DNA of 63,903 nucleotides, the filler included, from Vicugna vicugna (lineage: Eukaryota): the NCBI GenBank assembly GCA_013265495.1. It is 81 parts of 79 records of this genome, joined end to end, with 100 filler letters (N's around TTAATTAATTAA, not from the genome) between each part and the next. Parts side by side here need not be neighbours in the genome. Positions count along the whole stretch, not along the records: positions 48,587 to 49,315 come from MU059164.1; positions 49,416 to 50,354 come from MU059165.1; positions 50,455 to 50,928 come from MU059167.1; positions 51,029 to 51,524 come from PNXW01007978.1; positions 51,625 to 52,414 come from MU059168.1; positions 52,515 to 53,254 come from MU059169.1; positions 53,355 to 54,533 come from MU059170.1; positions 54,634 to 55,101 come from MU059172.1; 73 more parts are not named here. One strand, 5' to 3'. Under the pieces are notes generated by a model. It searched no databases. It had not been told where the DNA came from and saw nothing but the letters and a program-made list of their open reading frames with translations. The translations under genes and the position numbers were made by a program. Shown one piece after another: positions 48,587 through 60,884 of this stretch (position 1 is the stretch's first letter; every line of letters begins with the position of its first letter).

Positions 48587-49315
48587 ATACTTGGTTTAGA
48601 GCCCAATCCCCACTTTCCCCCACTCTCCAGCATAGGCATGCTTTCAGGGAAGTCAAGCTAAGGGATACTATTAGAACCCAGGCGCTGCTATCATTTGGAG
48701 GAGCCTCCCCACAATCAGGATACCTGAGCACGTCTCCGTGTGTGTGCTGGAGGTGGGGAAACAGATTCCACGCATCTTTATTGGGCACAGGTGTTCCAAG
48801 GTTGGGNNNNNNNNNNNNNNNNNNNNNNNNNNNNNNNNNNNNNNNNNNNNNNNNNAATACTTGGCTTTAGAGCCCATCCCCCACCATCGCTTACTGCTAG
48901 GCCTTTAAAAAACACTTAGGGAATTCAAGCTAAGGGATTGTATTAAAACCCAGGTGCTGCTGACTGTTGGAGGAACCTCCCGACCGTCAGAACACCAGAA
49001 CACTTCTTCCTGTGTGTGCTGGATGTGGGGAAATATAACACACGCATTTTTCAGGGGTCACAGTAATTCCCAAGTTGTTGGTTGTAGTTTAAACATCTCC
49101 ACTGCCCATGGAGAGGCACACGCTAATACTAAGTTTTAGATCCCAAATCCCACTTTCAACCACACACTGGCCTAGGCAAACCATCAGGGAAGACAAGCAA
49201 AGGGATTCTATTAAAACCAAGACGCTGATGTCAGTTGGAGGAACTACCCCACACTCAGGATACTGGAATACAACATTGTGTGGTGGGGAGATTTGAAGCC
49301 CCACTCCACGCAGAT
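48587..49315 (+). repeat. Satellite family A
   Basis: Three consecutive diverged monomers; AATACT anchors at 48857 and 49125 (268 bp). Confidence 0.9.
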
Positions 49316-51028
49316 NNNNNNNNNNNNNNNNNNNNNNNNNNNNNNNNNNNNNNNNNNNNTTAATTAATTAANNNNNNNNNNNNNNNNNNNNNNNNNNNNN
49401 NNNNNNNNNNNNNNNAGATGACACAGAGATCACCTGCAGAGCTTGAGGGAGCAGTGCTTGTTCCTGTCTTGCCCGCCCCAGGCTCACTCATAAGACACCT
49501 GATTCTTGCAGGCACTGCAGTTCCCGTGGGGGGAGCTCTGCTCCTGGGGGTCTCTGCTCCTGTGGTGGGAGCTCTGCTCCTCGGGGAGCTGGGCACGGGA
49601 GTGCTCACAATGGAGCCGGTCGCAACAGCGCTGATCCCTCTCCATGTGATGAGCCCTTTGTGTAAGTAGTAGAGGTGGGATCCAGAGTCTTCCTGTGTCT
49701 ACAGGGTTCTCCAGTAAAGCCAGCTTGGAGGAAAGAAAGAAAATGCCTACTGTTTCAATACTGTGTCCTAAGGGTTTAAAGCTCACTGTGGAGTACACGT
49801 GAGATCTCATCCAGTAAATACTCTGGGGTCTTGACTCAGACTTGTCATGAATTTGGCATTCTCATAATGTTATTTCTCTTATAATATGTCTAAGCAATCA
49901 TTTTTGTGTGATGGTTATATGTGCATAAATGTCCTGAAGAAACTGTTGTTGATGGAAATGTGGGCATCAGTGATACCACAAGGGCTGGTGGCCCTGGGGG
50001 CTGNNNNNNNNNNNNNNNNNNNNNNNNNNNNNNNNNNNNNNNNNNNNNNNNNNNNNNNNNNNNNNNNNNNNNNNNNNNNNNNNNNNNNNNNNNNNNNNNN
50101 NNNNNNNNNNNNNNNNNNNNNNNNNNNNNNNNNNNNNNNNNNGGGTTCCCTGTCTAAAGGTGGCACTGGCACAAATCCTTTATTCATGGAGTAATGAAGC
50201 CCCCCAGTCTCGTGGCTAATTGGGCCTCCCTGTCCTTCTTCATGTGAGGAGCCAGAGGGTTTGGGTTAAGACCCCAAACCTGTTTATGGTGAGCTTTCAG
50301 CCCAATCAAACAACCTGGGTTGTCTCGTTTCAGTCACATGACTTTGATTTTTGCNNNNNNNNNNNNNNNNNNNNNNNNNNNNNNNNNNNNNNNNNNNNTT
50401 AATTAATTAANNNNNNNNNNNNNNNNNNNNNNNNNNNNNNNNNNNNNNNNNNNNGTTTGATGCAAAAATTACTAAACAAAGTATTTGCAGACTAAACCTT
50501 GCCATGTATGACAGAGTTGAGTTTATCTCAGGATTTTTTGTAGTTTTGATCTCCAGGATCTCTTTATCAGCTTATCATATGTAAAGAGCCTGTGGACCAC
50601 TTCTCAGAAAAATGTTTTAAAATCATAAGATTTAGAGAATAAAGAAGGAAGATAATTATACTGAAAAGCAGATACCAAAATATAGAAATGGGNNNNNNNN
50701 NNNNNNNNNNNNNNNNNNNNNNNTGAATTATTGACGTGTTGATTAAGAGGATCCAGTGATGGGTCTTTTAACCGCAACATTCTGCCATAGCAGTGAGTGT
50801 AAATCATCTTCTAAGATCTGCAACAGTTGCATTTGGATTGAAATAAAGTTAAATAACAAATAAGCCATGAAGTGTGGATTCATATTCAGAGGTATCTCGA
50901 GTCCATATCCCCACCACTTCCCAGAGCTNNNNNNNNNNNNNNNNNNNNNNNNNNNNNNNNNNNNNNNNNNNNTTAATTAATTAANNNNNNNNNNNNNNNN
51001 NNNNNNNNNNNNNNNNNNNNNNNNNNNN

Positions 51029-51524
51029 ATTAAAGAATTTAGAATATCGAATGCAGAACACAGATTTTAGAGTCCAGAATACAAAATAGTGACTAAAGAA
51101 ATTAGAATATTTAATGCAGATCACAGAATTTAGAATATAGAATACAGAATACTAAATATAGAATTTAGAATATAGAATGTAGAACACAGAATATAGAATA
51201 CGGAAAACCGAATACAGAACCCAGAATTTAAAACATGGAATGCAGAACACAGAATTTAGAATATATATTAAAGAATACTGATTATAGAATTTAAAATATC
51301 GAATGCAGAACACAGATTTTAGAGTACAGAATACAAAATAGTTACTAAAGAAATTAGAATATGGAATGCAGATCACAGAATTTAGAATATAGAATATAAA
51401 ATACTAAACATAATATATATAACATGGAATGCAGAAAGCAGAATTTAAAATATAGAAAAGAGAATACTGAATGTACATTTAGAATTTAGAATTTAGAATT
51501 TAGAACACAGAATTTAGAATAAAG
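51029..51524 (+). repeat. Satellite family C
   Basis: Heptamer array with a 252-bp period (51061/51313). Confidence 0.95.
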
Positions 51525-51624
51525 NNNNNNNNNNNNNNNNNNNNNNNNNNNNNNNNNNNNNNNNNNNNTTAATTAATTAANNNNNNNNNNNNNNNNNNNN
51601 NNNNNNNNNNNNNNNNNNNNNNNN

Positions 51625-51830
51625 GATTCCATTAAATTTGTAGATCACTTTGGGGAATCTTAACATTTTCGACAATATTGCCTACCATTTCATGAACATG
51701 GGATGCCTCCCATATATGTAGATCTCTTCAATATTTTTTGGTGATACTTCAAAATTTTCAATGTACAAATCTTGTAAAATTTTGTTAAATGTATCTCTCA
51801 TTTTATTTTTAATGCTGTTGTAAATGGAAA
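51625..51830 (-). mobile_element. Old LINE-1 fragment, paralogue of 47541-47760
   Basis: Shared L1 sequence and shared flank junction GTTGTAAAT(T/G)GAAAGGCTGA. Confidence 0.75.
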
Positions 51831-53354
51831 GGCTGAACTTCCTAAGGGTGGGACTATATAACAATTTATTTATTTCTAGGATTCCTACACAGCAAATACA
51901 CTACATTTGTATTTGCTACATAAATCTATCCACAATTCTTCCCATCCCTGTGTTATAAGAAACCAAGACCTAGGTTAAGCTGCCTGAACACNNNNNNNNN
52001 NNNNNNNNNNNNNNNNNNNNNNNNNNNNNNNNNNNNNNNNNNNNNNNNNNNNNNNNNNNNNNNNNNNNNNNNNNNNNNNNNNNNNNNNNNNNNNNNNNNN
52101 NNNNNNNNNNNNNNNNNNNNNNNNNNNNNNNNNNNNNNNNNNNNNNNNNNNNNNNNNNNNNNNNNNNNNNNNNNNNNNNNNNNNNNNNNNNNNNACCTAA
52201 TTTAATCTTTGAAGATTTATGTTTCAGGAGCTTTGAGGGAATAATACCTGTCTTTATTCAATAACTACAACTAAATGCTCAAGCAACATGTAAGAGTTTG
52301 AGCAAACTGCCCCCCCCCCGTAGTGCTCGGTGGCTGCAGCTGTAAATGGAGTCAGCGCTTACCTCTCCTAGTACGCTTGTGCTGATCTGCTCAAAGCGGT
52401 TTGCCCAACAGTTTNNNNNNNNNNNNNNNNNNNNNNNNNNNNNNNNNNNNNNNNNNNNTTAATTAATTAANNNNNNNNNNNNNNNNNNNNNNNNNNNNNN
52501 NNNNNNNNNNNNNNCACATAAGCTGTGTGTTTAATTTCATTGGCGGCTTTTACAGTACATTTCACATTCTGATTCTAATATTTACATTGTTGAAAACATT
52601 CTTGAAAAACTGAGGCCTAATACAGATTCAAGTTCAGTCAAAGTTTCCCCTCACTTACCACACTCCCTTCACCCCAGGGAAGACATAAACCCAGCATTTG
52701 CGGAATCTAGCGGAAGGCCATCGTTTCTTTGTGGGAGGTAANNNNNNNNNNNNNNNNNNNNNNNNNNNNNNNNNNNNNNNNNNNNNNNNNNNNNNNNNNN
52801 NNNNNNNNNNNNNNNNNNNNNNNNNNNNNNNNNNNNNNNNNNNNNNNNNNNNNNNNNNNNNNNNNNNNNNNNNNNNNNNNNNNNNNNNNNNNNNNNNNNN
52901 NNNNNNNNNNNNNNNNNNNNNNNNNNNNNNNNNNNNNNNNNNNNNNNNNNNNNNNNNNNNNNNNNNNNNNNNNNNNNNNNNNNNNNNNNNNNNNNNNNNN
53001 NNNNNNNNNNNNNNNNNNNNNNNTGTGGATTCTCACGACCTCTTCCAAGAACATGAGCATTTTGATCATCTCTGCCATCTCTTCTTTTGCAGACGTCAGG
53101 GATCTTGGACCCGTTCTTGGAGCAGAGAATCGAGGAACTTCCTCATGTCCACGTTGGCACTCCGTAGGTTTCTACCAGGATCAGCGAGGTTCAATATGTC
53201 TCATGAATAACTTTCGAGCCTGGTATCCTCTACAGCTGTCTCCAGGCCAGTATTNNNNNNNNNNNNNNNNNNNNNNNNNNNNNNNNNNNNNNNNNNNNTT
53301 AATTAATTAANNNNNNNNNNNNNNNNNNNNNNNNNNNNNNNNNNNNNNNNNNNN

Positions 53355-54533
53355 GACGTTCGTTCATCCAGCACAAAGGGAAACGGTTGCAGGAGAAAAC
53401 ATTACTCTGGTTTCTCAGTCTGTTTCCTGGTGGCGGTTTGAAATGCCTGCCGTTTTCACTGTAAAAACGAGTTGGAATTTGTACCTCCCCATATATATCT
53501 ATGGAGTGTATTTTGCAACTGAATAGTAACATTGTGTTCCCTTCAAGCTAGGTGAAGGACGGCTTTCACACACAATTATCTCTCAAAACTGAGCATGTGG
53601 AGAGACGTTCGTTCATCCAGCACAAAGGGAACGGGTTGCAGAAAAAACNNNNNNNNNNCTGTTTCCTAGTGCCAATTTGAAGTGCCTGCCGTTTTCACTG
53701 TAAAACCGAGTTGGAGCTTGTACCTAACCATATATATGTATGGAGTGGAGTTTGAAACTGAAAATAAACTTTGGGTTCCCTTCAAGCTAGCTGTAGGACG
53801 GCTTTCACATACACTTATCTCTCAGAACTGAGCATGTGGAAAGATTTTCGTTCATCCAGTACAAAGGGAACGGGTTGCAGGTAAACCCTTACTTTGGTTT
53901 CTCAATCTGTTTCCTAGTGCCAGTTTGAAGTGCCTGCCGTTTTCACTGTAAAACCGAGTTGGAGCTTGTACCTCCCCATATATATGTATGGAGTGGAGTT
54001 GGCAACTGAAAAGAAACTTGGTTNNNNNNNNNNNNNNNNNNNNNNNNNNNNNNNNNNNNNNNNNNNNNNNNNNNNNNNNNNNNNNNNNNNNNNNNNNNNN
54101 NNNNNNNNNNNNNNNNNNNNNNNNNNNNNNNNNNNNNNNNNNNNNNNNNNNNNNNNNNNNNNNNNNNNNNNNNNNNNNNNNNNNNNNNNNNNNNNNNNNN
54201 NNNNNNNNNNNNNNNNNNNNNNNNNNNNNNNNNNNNNNNNNNNNNNNNNNNNNNNNNNNNNNNNNNNNNNNNNNNNNNNNNNNNNNNNNNNNNNNNNNNC
54301 ACACACACTTATCTCTCAGAACTGAGCATGTGGAGAGACGTTCTTTCATCCAGCACAAAGGGAACGGGTTGCAGGAGAAACCCTTACTCTGGTTTCTCAG
54401 TCAGTTTCCTAGTGCCGGTTTGAAGTGCCTTCCGTTTTCACTGTAAAACGGTGTTGGAATTTGTACCTCCCCATATATATGTATGGATTGTATTTTGCAA
54501 CTGAATAGAAACATTGTGTTCCCTTCAAGCTAG
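53355..54533 (+). repeat. Satellite family E (~249-bp monomer)
   Basis: GACGTTCGTTCATCCAGCACAAAGGG at 53355 and 53604 (period 249). Confidence 0.95.
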
Positions 54534-54633
54534 NNNNNNNNNNNNNNNNNNNNNNNNNNNNNNNNNNNNNNNNNNNNTTAATTAATTAANNNNNNNNNNN
54601 NNNNNNNNNNNNNNNNNNNNNNNNNNNNNNNNN

Positions 54634-55101
54634 AGTTGTCTCTCGATCTCCCCCACGCACTGACAATTATTCCAGAATCCTGAGCATGGAGAGGTTCCAC
54701 CAACGGTCGGCAACGCCTGGGTTATAACGTAAAGCCTAAGCTCGTCTCCCCTGAGAGTTTTCCTAATGTCTCTGTGCCAGGGAATGCTAGGGGGGTAGGC
54801 AGGATATCCCAGTGAAAGAGGCTGCCTCCCCAAGNNNNNNNNNNNNNNNNNNNNNNNNNNNNNNNNNNNNNNNNNNNNNNNNNNNNNNNNNNNNNNNNNT
54901 CTCTCGAGCTCCCCCACGCTCTGACAATCGTTCTGGAATCCTGAGCGTGAGGAGGTTCCACCAACGGTCGGCAGCGCGTGGGTTCTAACGGAATGCCTAA
55001 GCTCGACTCCCCTGAGGTTTTTCCAAATGTCTCTGTGTCAGGGAATGCTAGGGGATTTTGCAGAACATCCCAGTGACAGAGGCTGCCTCCCCAAGGTCAG
55101 G
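54634..55101 (-). repeat. Satellite family B
   Basis: Reverse B monomer. Confidence 0.95.
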
Positions 55102-55201
55102 NNNNNNNNNNNNNNNNNNNNNNNNNNNNNNNNNNNNNNNNNNNNTTAATTAATTAANNNNNNNNNNNNNNNNNNNNNNNNNNNNNNNNNNNNNNNNNNN
55201 N

Positions 55202-55956
55202 ATTGTCAGTGCGTGGGGGAGCTCGATAGACAACCCCACGCAGCTCCCTTCAGTCACAGGTGTTTCCTGATCGGGGGAGTCCGAGAAATAATTTCCCTGA
55301 TCTTGGGGAGGCATCCTCTGACACTGGGATATCCTGCAAAGATACCTAGCATTCCCTGGCACACAGACATTAGGAAAACCCTCAGGGAAGACGAGCTTAG
55401 GCATTCCGTTAGAACCCACGCGCTGCCGACCGTTGGTGGAACCTCCCCACACTCAGGATTCCGGAACCATTGTCAGTGCGTGGGGGAGCTCGATAGACAA
55501 CCCCACGCAGCTCCCTTCAGTCACAGGTGTTCCCTGTTCGGGGAAGTCCGAGAAATACTTCCCCTGACCTTGGGGAGGCAGCCTCTGCCACTGGGATATC
55601 CTGCAAAGATACCTAGCATTCCCTGGCACACAGACATTAGGAAAACCCTCAGGGAAGACGAGCTTAGGCATTCCGTTAGAACCCACGCGCTGCCGACCGT
55701 TGGGGGAACCTCCCCATGCTCAGGATTCTGGAACCATTGTCAGTGCGTGGGGGAGCTCNNNNNNNNNNNNNNNNNNNNNNNNNNNNNNNNNNNNNNNNNN
55801 NNNNNNNNNNNNNNNNNNNNNNNNNNNNNNNNNNNNNNNNNNNNNNNNNNNNNCTGATCTTGGCAGCAACGGTCACTGGGATATCCTGCAATCACCCCTA
55901 GCAATCCCTGTGACAGAGACATTAGGAAAATCCTCAGGGGAGACGAGCTTAGGCAT
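55202..55956 (+). repeat. Satellite family B, more than two near-identical 267-bp monomers
   Basis: ATTGTCAGTGCGTGGGGGAGCTC at 55202, 55469 and 55736 (period exactly 267). Confidence 0.97.
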
Positions 55957-56056
55957 NNNNNNNNNNNNNNNNNNNNNNNNNNNNNNNNNNNNNNNNNNNN
56001 TTAATTAATTAANNNNNNNNNNNNNNNNNNNNNNNNNNNNNNNNNNNNNNNNNNNN

Positions 56057-57051
56057 AGAGCCCAACCCCCACTTTCCCCCACTCTCCATCCAAGGCATGC
56101 CTTCAGGGAATACAAGCTAAGGGGTTCTATTAGAACCCAGGCTCTGCTGTCATTTGGAGGAGCCTCCCCACAATCAGGATACCTGAGCACATCTCCGTGT
56201 GTGTGCTGGAGGTGGGGAAACAGATTCCACGCATCTTTATGGGGCACAGGTGTTNNNNNNNNNNNNNNNNNNNNNNNNNNNNNNNNNNNNNNNNNNNNNN
56301 NNNNNNNNNNNNNNNNNNNNNNNNNNNNNNNNNNNNNNNNNNNNNNNNNNNNNNNNNNNNNNNNNNNNNNNNNNNNNNNNNNNNNNNNNNNNNNNNNNNN
56401 NNNNNNNNNNNNNNNNNNNNNNNNNNNNNNNNNNNNNNNNNTTCTTCCTGTGTGTGCTGGAGGTGGGGAAACGTAGCACACGCATTTTTCAGGGGGCACA
56501 GTTATTCCATGGTTGTGGGTTGTAGGTCAAACACCCACATCCCATGGATAGGCTCTCGCTAATACTTGTTTTAGAGCCAAATCCCAACTTTCCCCCACAC
56601 ATCGGCATTTTCAATCCATCATGGAAGACAAGTTAAGGTATTGTATTAGAACCCTGGCACTGCTGTTAGAGGGAAGAACCTCCCCACACTCAAAACATCT
56701 AAACCGAATGCCGTGTGTGTGCTGGAGGAGGGAAACAGAGTCCATGCAGTTTTCTGGGGCACAGGTGTTCCCAGGTTGGGGATGTAGTTATAGACTTCCA
56801 CTGCTCATAGAGAGGCACTCGCTATTACTTTGGTTTATTGTCCAGCCACACCTTCGCTCACAGCCCGGCCTATGGAAACACTCAGGGAAGTCAAGACAAG
56901 TGATTCTATTAGATCCCAGGTGCTACTCACTCCATGGCACTCGCTACTATTTGGCCTCAAGGACCAACCCCCAGGTTTCTCTCAGAGTCAGTCCTAGGGA
57001 AACACTCTTGGATTACAAGCTAAGGGATTCTATTAGAACCCAGCCCAGCCG
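56057..57051 (+). repeat. Satellite family A
   Basis: A monomer types, with a truncated monomer near 56925. Confidence 0.88.
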
Positions 57052-57151
57052 NNNNNNNNNNNNNNNNNNNNNNNNNNNNNNNNNNNNNNNNNNNNTTAAT
57101 TAATTAANNNNNNNNNNNNNNNNNNNNNNNNNNNNNNNNNNNNNNNNNNNN

Positions 57152-57902
57152 GACTGAAGAGAGCTGAGTGGAGTTGTCTCTCGAGCTACCCCACGCTGTG
57201 ACAATTTTTCCGGAATCCTGAGCGTGCGCAGGTTCCACCAACGGTCGGCAGCGCGTGGGTTCTAACGGAAAGCCTAAGCTCGTCTCCCCTAAGGGTTTTC
57301 CTAATGTCTCTGTGCCAGGGAATGCTAGGGGGGTTTGCAGGATATAACGGNNNNNNNNNNNNNNNNNNNNNNNNNNNNNNNNNNNNNNNNNNNNNNNNNN
57401 NNNNNNNNNNNNNNNNNNNNNNNNNNNNNNNNNNNNNNNNNNNNNNNNNNNNNNNNNNNNNNNNNNNNNNNNNNNNCGTAATCCTGAGGGTGGGGAGGTT
57501 CCACCAACGTTCGGCAGTGCGTGGGTTCTAACGGAATGCCTGTGCTCGTCTCCCCTGATAGTTTTCCTCATTTCTCTGTTCCAGGGAATGCTAGGGAGGG
57601 TTACAGGAAATCCCAGTGTCAGAGGCTGCTCCCCAAGGTCAGGGAAGGTATTTCTCGGACTTCCCCGTACAGGGAACACCTGTGACTGTAGAGAGCTACG
57701 TGGAGTTGTCTCTGGAGCTCCCCAACTCAATGAAAATCCTTCCGGAATCCTGAGCGTGGGTAGGTACCACCAACTGTCGGTACCGCGTGTGTTCTAAGGG
57801 AATTCCTGTGCTCGTCTCCCCTCAGGTTTTTCCTCATGATTTCTGTGCCAGGGAATGCTAGGGGCATTGCAGGAAATCCCAGTGACAGAGGCTGCCTCCC
57901 CA
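57152..57902 (-). repeat. Satellite family B (more diverged copies)
   Basis: Reverse B monomer. Confidence 0.93.
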
Positions 57903-59056
57903 NNNNNNNNNNNNNNNNNNNNNNNNNNNNNNNNNNNNNNNNNNNNTTAATTAATTAANNNNNNNNNNNNNNNNNNNNNNNNNNNNNNNNNNNNNNNNNN
58001 NNCGGGAGTGCTCACATTGGAGCCGGTCGCAACAGCGCTGATCCCTCCCCACGTGATGATCCCTTTGTATAAGTAGTAGAGGTGGGATCCAGAGTCTTCC
58101 TGTGTCTACGGAGTTCTCCAGTAAAGCCAACTTGGAGGAAAGAAAGAAAATGCCTACTGTTTCAAGACTGTGTCCAATGNNNNNNNNNNNNNNNNNNNNN
58201 NNNNNNNNNNNNNNNNNNNNNNNNNNNNNNNNNNNNNNNNNNNNNNNNNNNNNNNNNNNNNNNNNNNNNNNNNNNNNNNNNNNNNNNNNNNNNNNNNNNN
58301 NNNNNNNNNNNNNNNNNNNNNNNNNNNNNNNNNNNNNNNNNNNNNNNNNNNNNNNNNNNNNNNNNNNNNNNNNNNNNNNNNNNNNNNNNNNNNNNNNNNN
58401 NNNNNNNNNNNNNNNNNNNNNNNNNNNNNNNNNNNNNNNNNNNNNNNNNNNNNNNNNNNNNNNNNNNNNNNNNNNNNNNNNNNNNNNNNNNNNNNNNNNN
58501 NNNNNNNNNNNNNNNNNNNNNNNNNNNNNNNNNNNNNNNNNNNNNNNNNNNNNNNNNNNNNNNNNNNNNNNNNNNNNNNNNNNNNNNNNNNNNNNNNNNN
58601 NNNNNNNNNNNNNNNNNNNNNNNNNNNNNNNNNNNNNNNNNNNNNNNNNNNNNNNNNNNNNNNNNNNNNNNNNNNNNNNNNNNNNNNNNNNNNNNNNNNN
58701 NNNNNNNNNNNNNNNNNNNNNNNNNNNNNNNNNNNNNNNNNNNNNNNNNNNNNNNNNNNNNNNNNNNNNNNNNNNNNNNNNNNNNNNNNNNNNNNNNNNN
58801 NNNNNNCAGGTTTCCCGTAGGGACAGTGAATAAATTTCAACCCATATGGTGTGTTTGGGGGCCTTGAGGACAAGTAGGGACCCACAGATATCTGGGTGGG
58901 TGGCGATTAGTCCCGAGTCTTGGAAGGACAGAGATTCCATTACTGTTGTAACAGTGNNNNNNNNNNNNNNNNNNNNNNNNNNNNNNNNNNNNNNNNNNNN
59001 TTAATTAATTAANNNNNNNNNNNNNNNNNNNNNNNNNNNNNNNNNNNNNNNNNNNN

Positions 59057-60154
59057 GTACGGAACCCGGAATGCCATGTTGAAGGAATTCATGTAAATTT
59101 CATACCTGTTAGTTTGAAATCGCTCCAGAATTATTTTTCTGTGAAAAAAGCACGAACTCGAAACTGGTTTTAGGAAAAGCTTGTGAAAATGTGTACCCGA
59201 GTCTAGATGATATTATTCATTTTATAGAGGATGAAAGATTAGTAATCCACATGCTCTCAACTCAAAATGCATATTTGTCAAATCCGTCATGTATGTAGCA
59301 TGTAAGGAACACGGAATATCATGTAGATGGAATCTATTCAAATTACATATCTCTAGGGTAGAATTCGCTCCAAGAGGTTTTTTCTTTGATCAAAGTGTGA
59401 TTCTTGACACTGTTGATAGGAAGAAGCTTCGAGGTCAAAGTAAATATTTCAGAGTGCATAGGTAACTTGTTTGGTTGTTGAAACATCAGTCATGCGCATG
59501 TTCACAACTCAGAAATGCATGTTTGAGGAATCCGTGACGCATGAAACATGTTCGTAGTACAGAATGCCATGGTTATGTAAACAATGCAAATTACATGTGT
59601 ATTGGTGAGATTTCGCTCAAAGAGTGTTTTCTGGTGCCAAATGTCGGATTTTAGNNNNNNNNNNNNNNNNNNNNNNNNNNNNNNNNNNNNNNNNNNNNNN
59701 NNNNNNNNNNNNNNNNNNNNNNNNNNNNNNNNNNNNNNNNNNNNNNNNNNNNNNNNNNNNNNNNNNNNNNNNNNNNNNNNNNNNNNNNNNNNNNNNNNNN
59801 NNNNNNNNNNNNNNNNNNNNNNNNNNNNNNNNNNNNNNNNNNNNNNNNNNNNNNNNNNNNNNNNNNNNNNNNNNNNNNNNNNNNNNNNNNNNNNNNNNNN
59901 NNNNNNNNNNNNNNNNNNNNNNNNNNNNNNNNNNNNNNNNNNNNNNNNNNNNNNNNNNNNNNNNNNNNNNNNNNNNNNNNNNNNNNNNNNNNNNNNNNNN
60001 NNNNNNNNNNNNNNNNNNNNNNNNNNNNNNNNNNNNNNNNNNNNNNNNNNNNNNNNNNNNNNNNNNNNNNNNNNNNNNNNNNNNNNNNNNNNNNNNNNNN
60101 NTAGAGGGTTTTTTTTGGGATCAAAGTGTGATTCTTAAAACTGGTGATAGGCAG
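59057..60154 (+). repeat. Satellite family D
   Basis: Subunit anchors at 59057, 59302 and 59550 (245 and 248 bp). Confidence 0.95.
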
Positions 60155-60884
60155 NNNNNNNNNNNNNNNNNNNNNNNNNNNNNNNNNNNNNNNNNNNNTT
60201 AATTAATTAANNNNNNNNNNNNNNNNNNNNNNNNNNNNNNNNNNNNNNNNNNNNGCAATGGAAACATCCACTCACGCAGCCCTTGGCACAGGACACTTGT
60301 CAAAGAGAGTTCTGTTAATTCCAAAGACAGGATGAGGCCTCAGAACACCTGGAAGCAGGAGAAGGAAAAGCAGGGAATGGATACCAGTGCATGGTCTGAG
60401 CCCTGTTGATGGAGCAGTAAAGGTGAAACTCTCTTTAAATTGGACGNNNNNNNNNNNNNNNNNNNNNNNNNNNNNNNNNNNNACATGGGATTGAAGGTGA
60501 TGCGCTGAGTGTTAGAAGAGTGCACAGCAGATGCTTGGCTGACAGAACTCAAAGAATCCAGTGCAAAATATCCCCACAGTTGATTCTGAGACCAAGCTCC
60601 GAGCTGCCAAATTTGAGGTAGCAGAGGCAGTGTTCAGGGAGGGATAGGGCTAAGGATGGTGGCACACGCTGAGTCTGAGGAATCTGGAGTGCGTTGTGGG
60701 ATGTGGTGGGTCCTATCAAGAGAGCAAACATAATTGTCGCCCCAATGAGCATGCAACCACCCTGGAGCGCGCAGTTGAAATTATNNNNNNNNNNNNNNNN
60801 NNNNNNNNNNNNNNNNNNNNNNNNNNNNTTAATTAATTAANNNNNNNNNNNNNNNNNNNNNNNNNNNNNNNNNNNNNNNNNNNN

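Noticed and set aside
52690..53254. Assignment to MIA3/CTAGE-type proline-rich C-termini or to RBMY
   Set aside because: Only short, low-complexity resemblances in inconsistent order; left unassigned.
55425..55450. CCGTTGGTGGAACC in satellite B as a CENP-B box
   Set aside because: It lacks the required TTCG....A..CGGG core positions.
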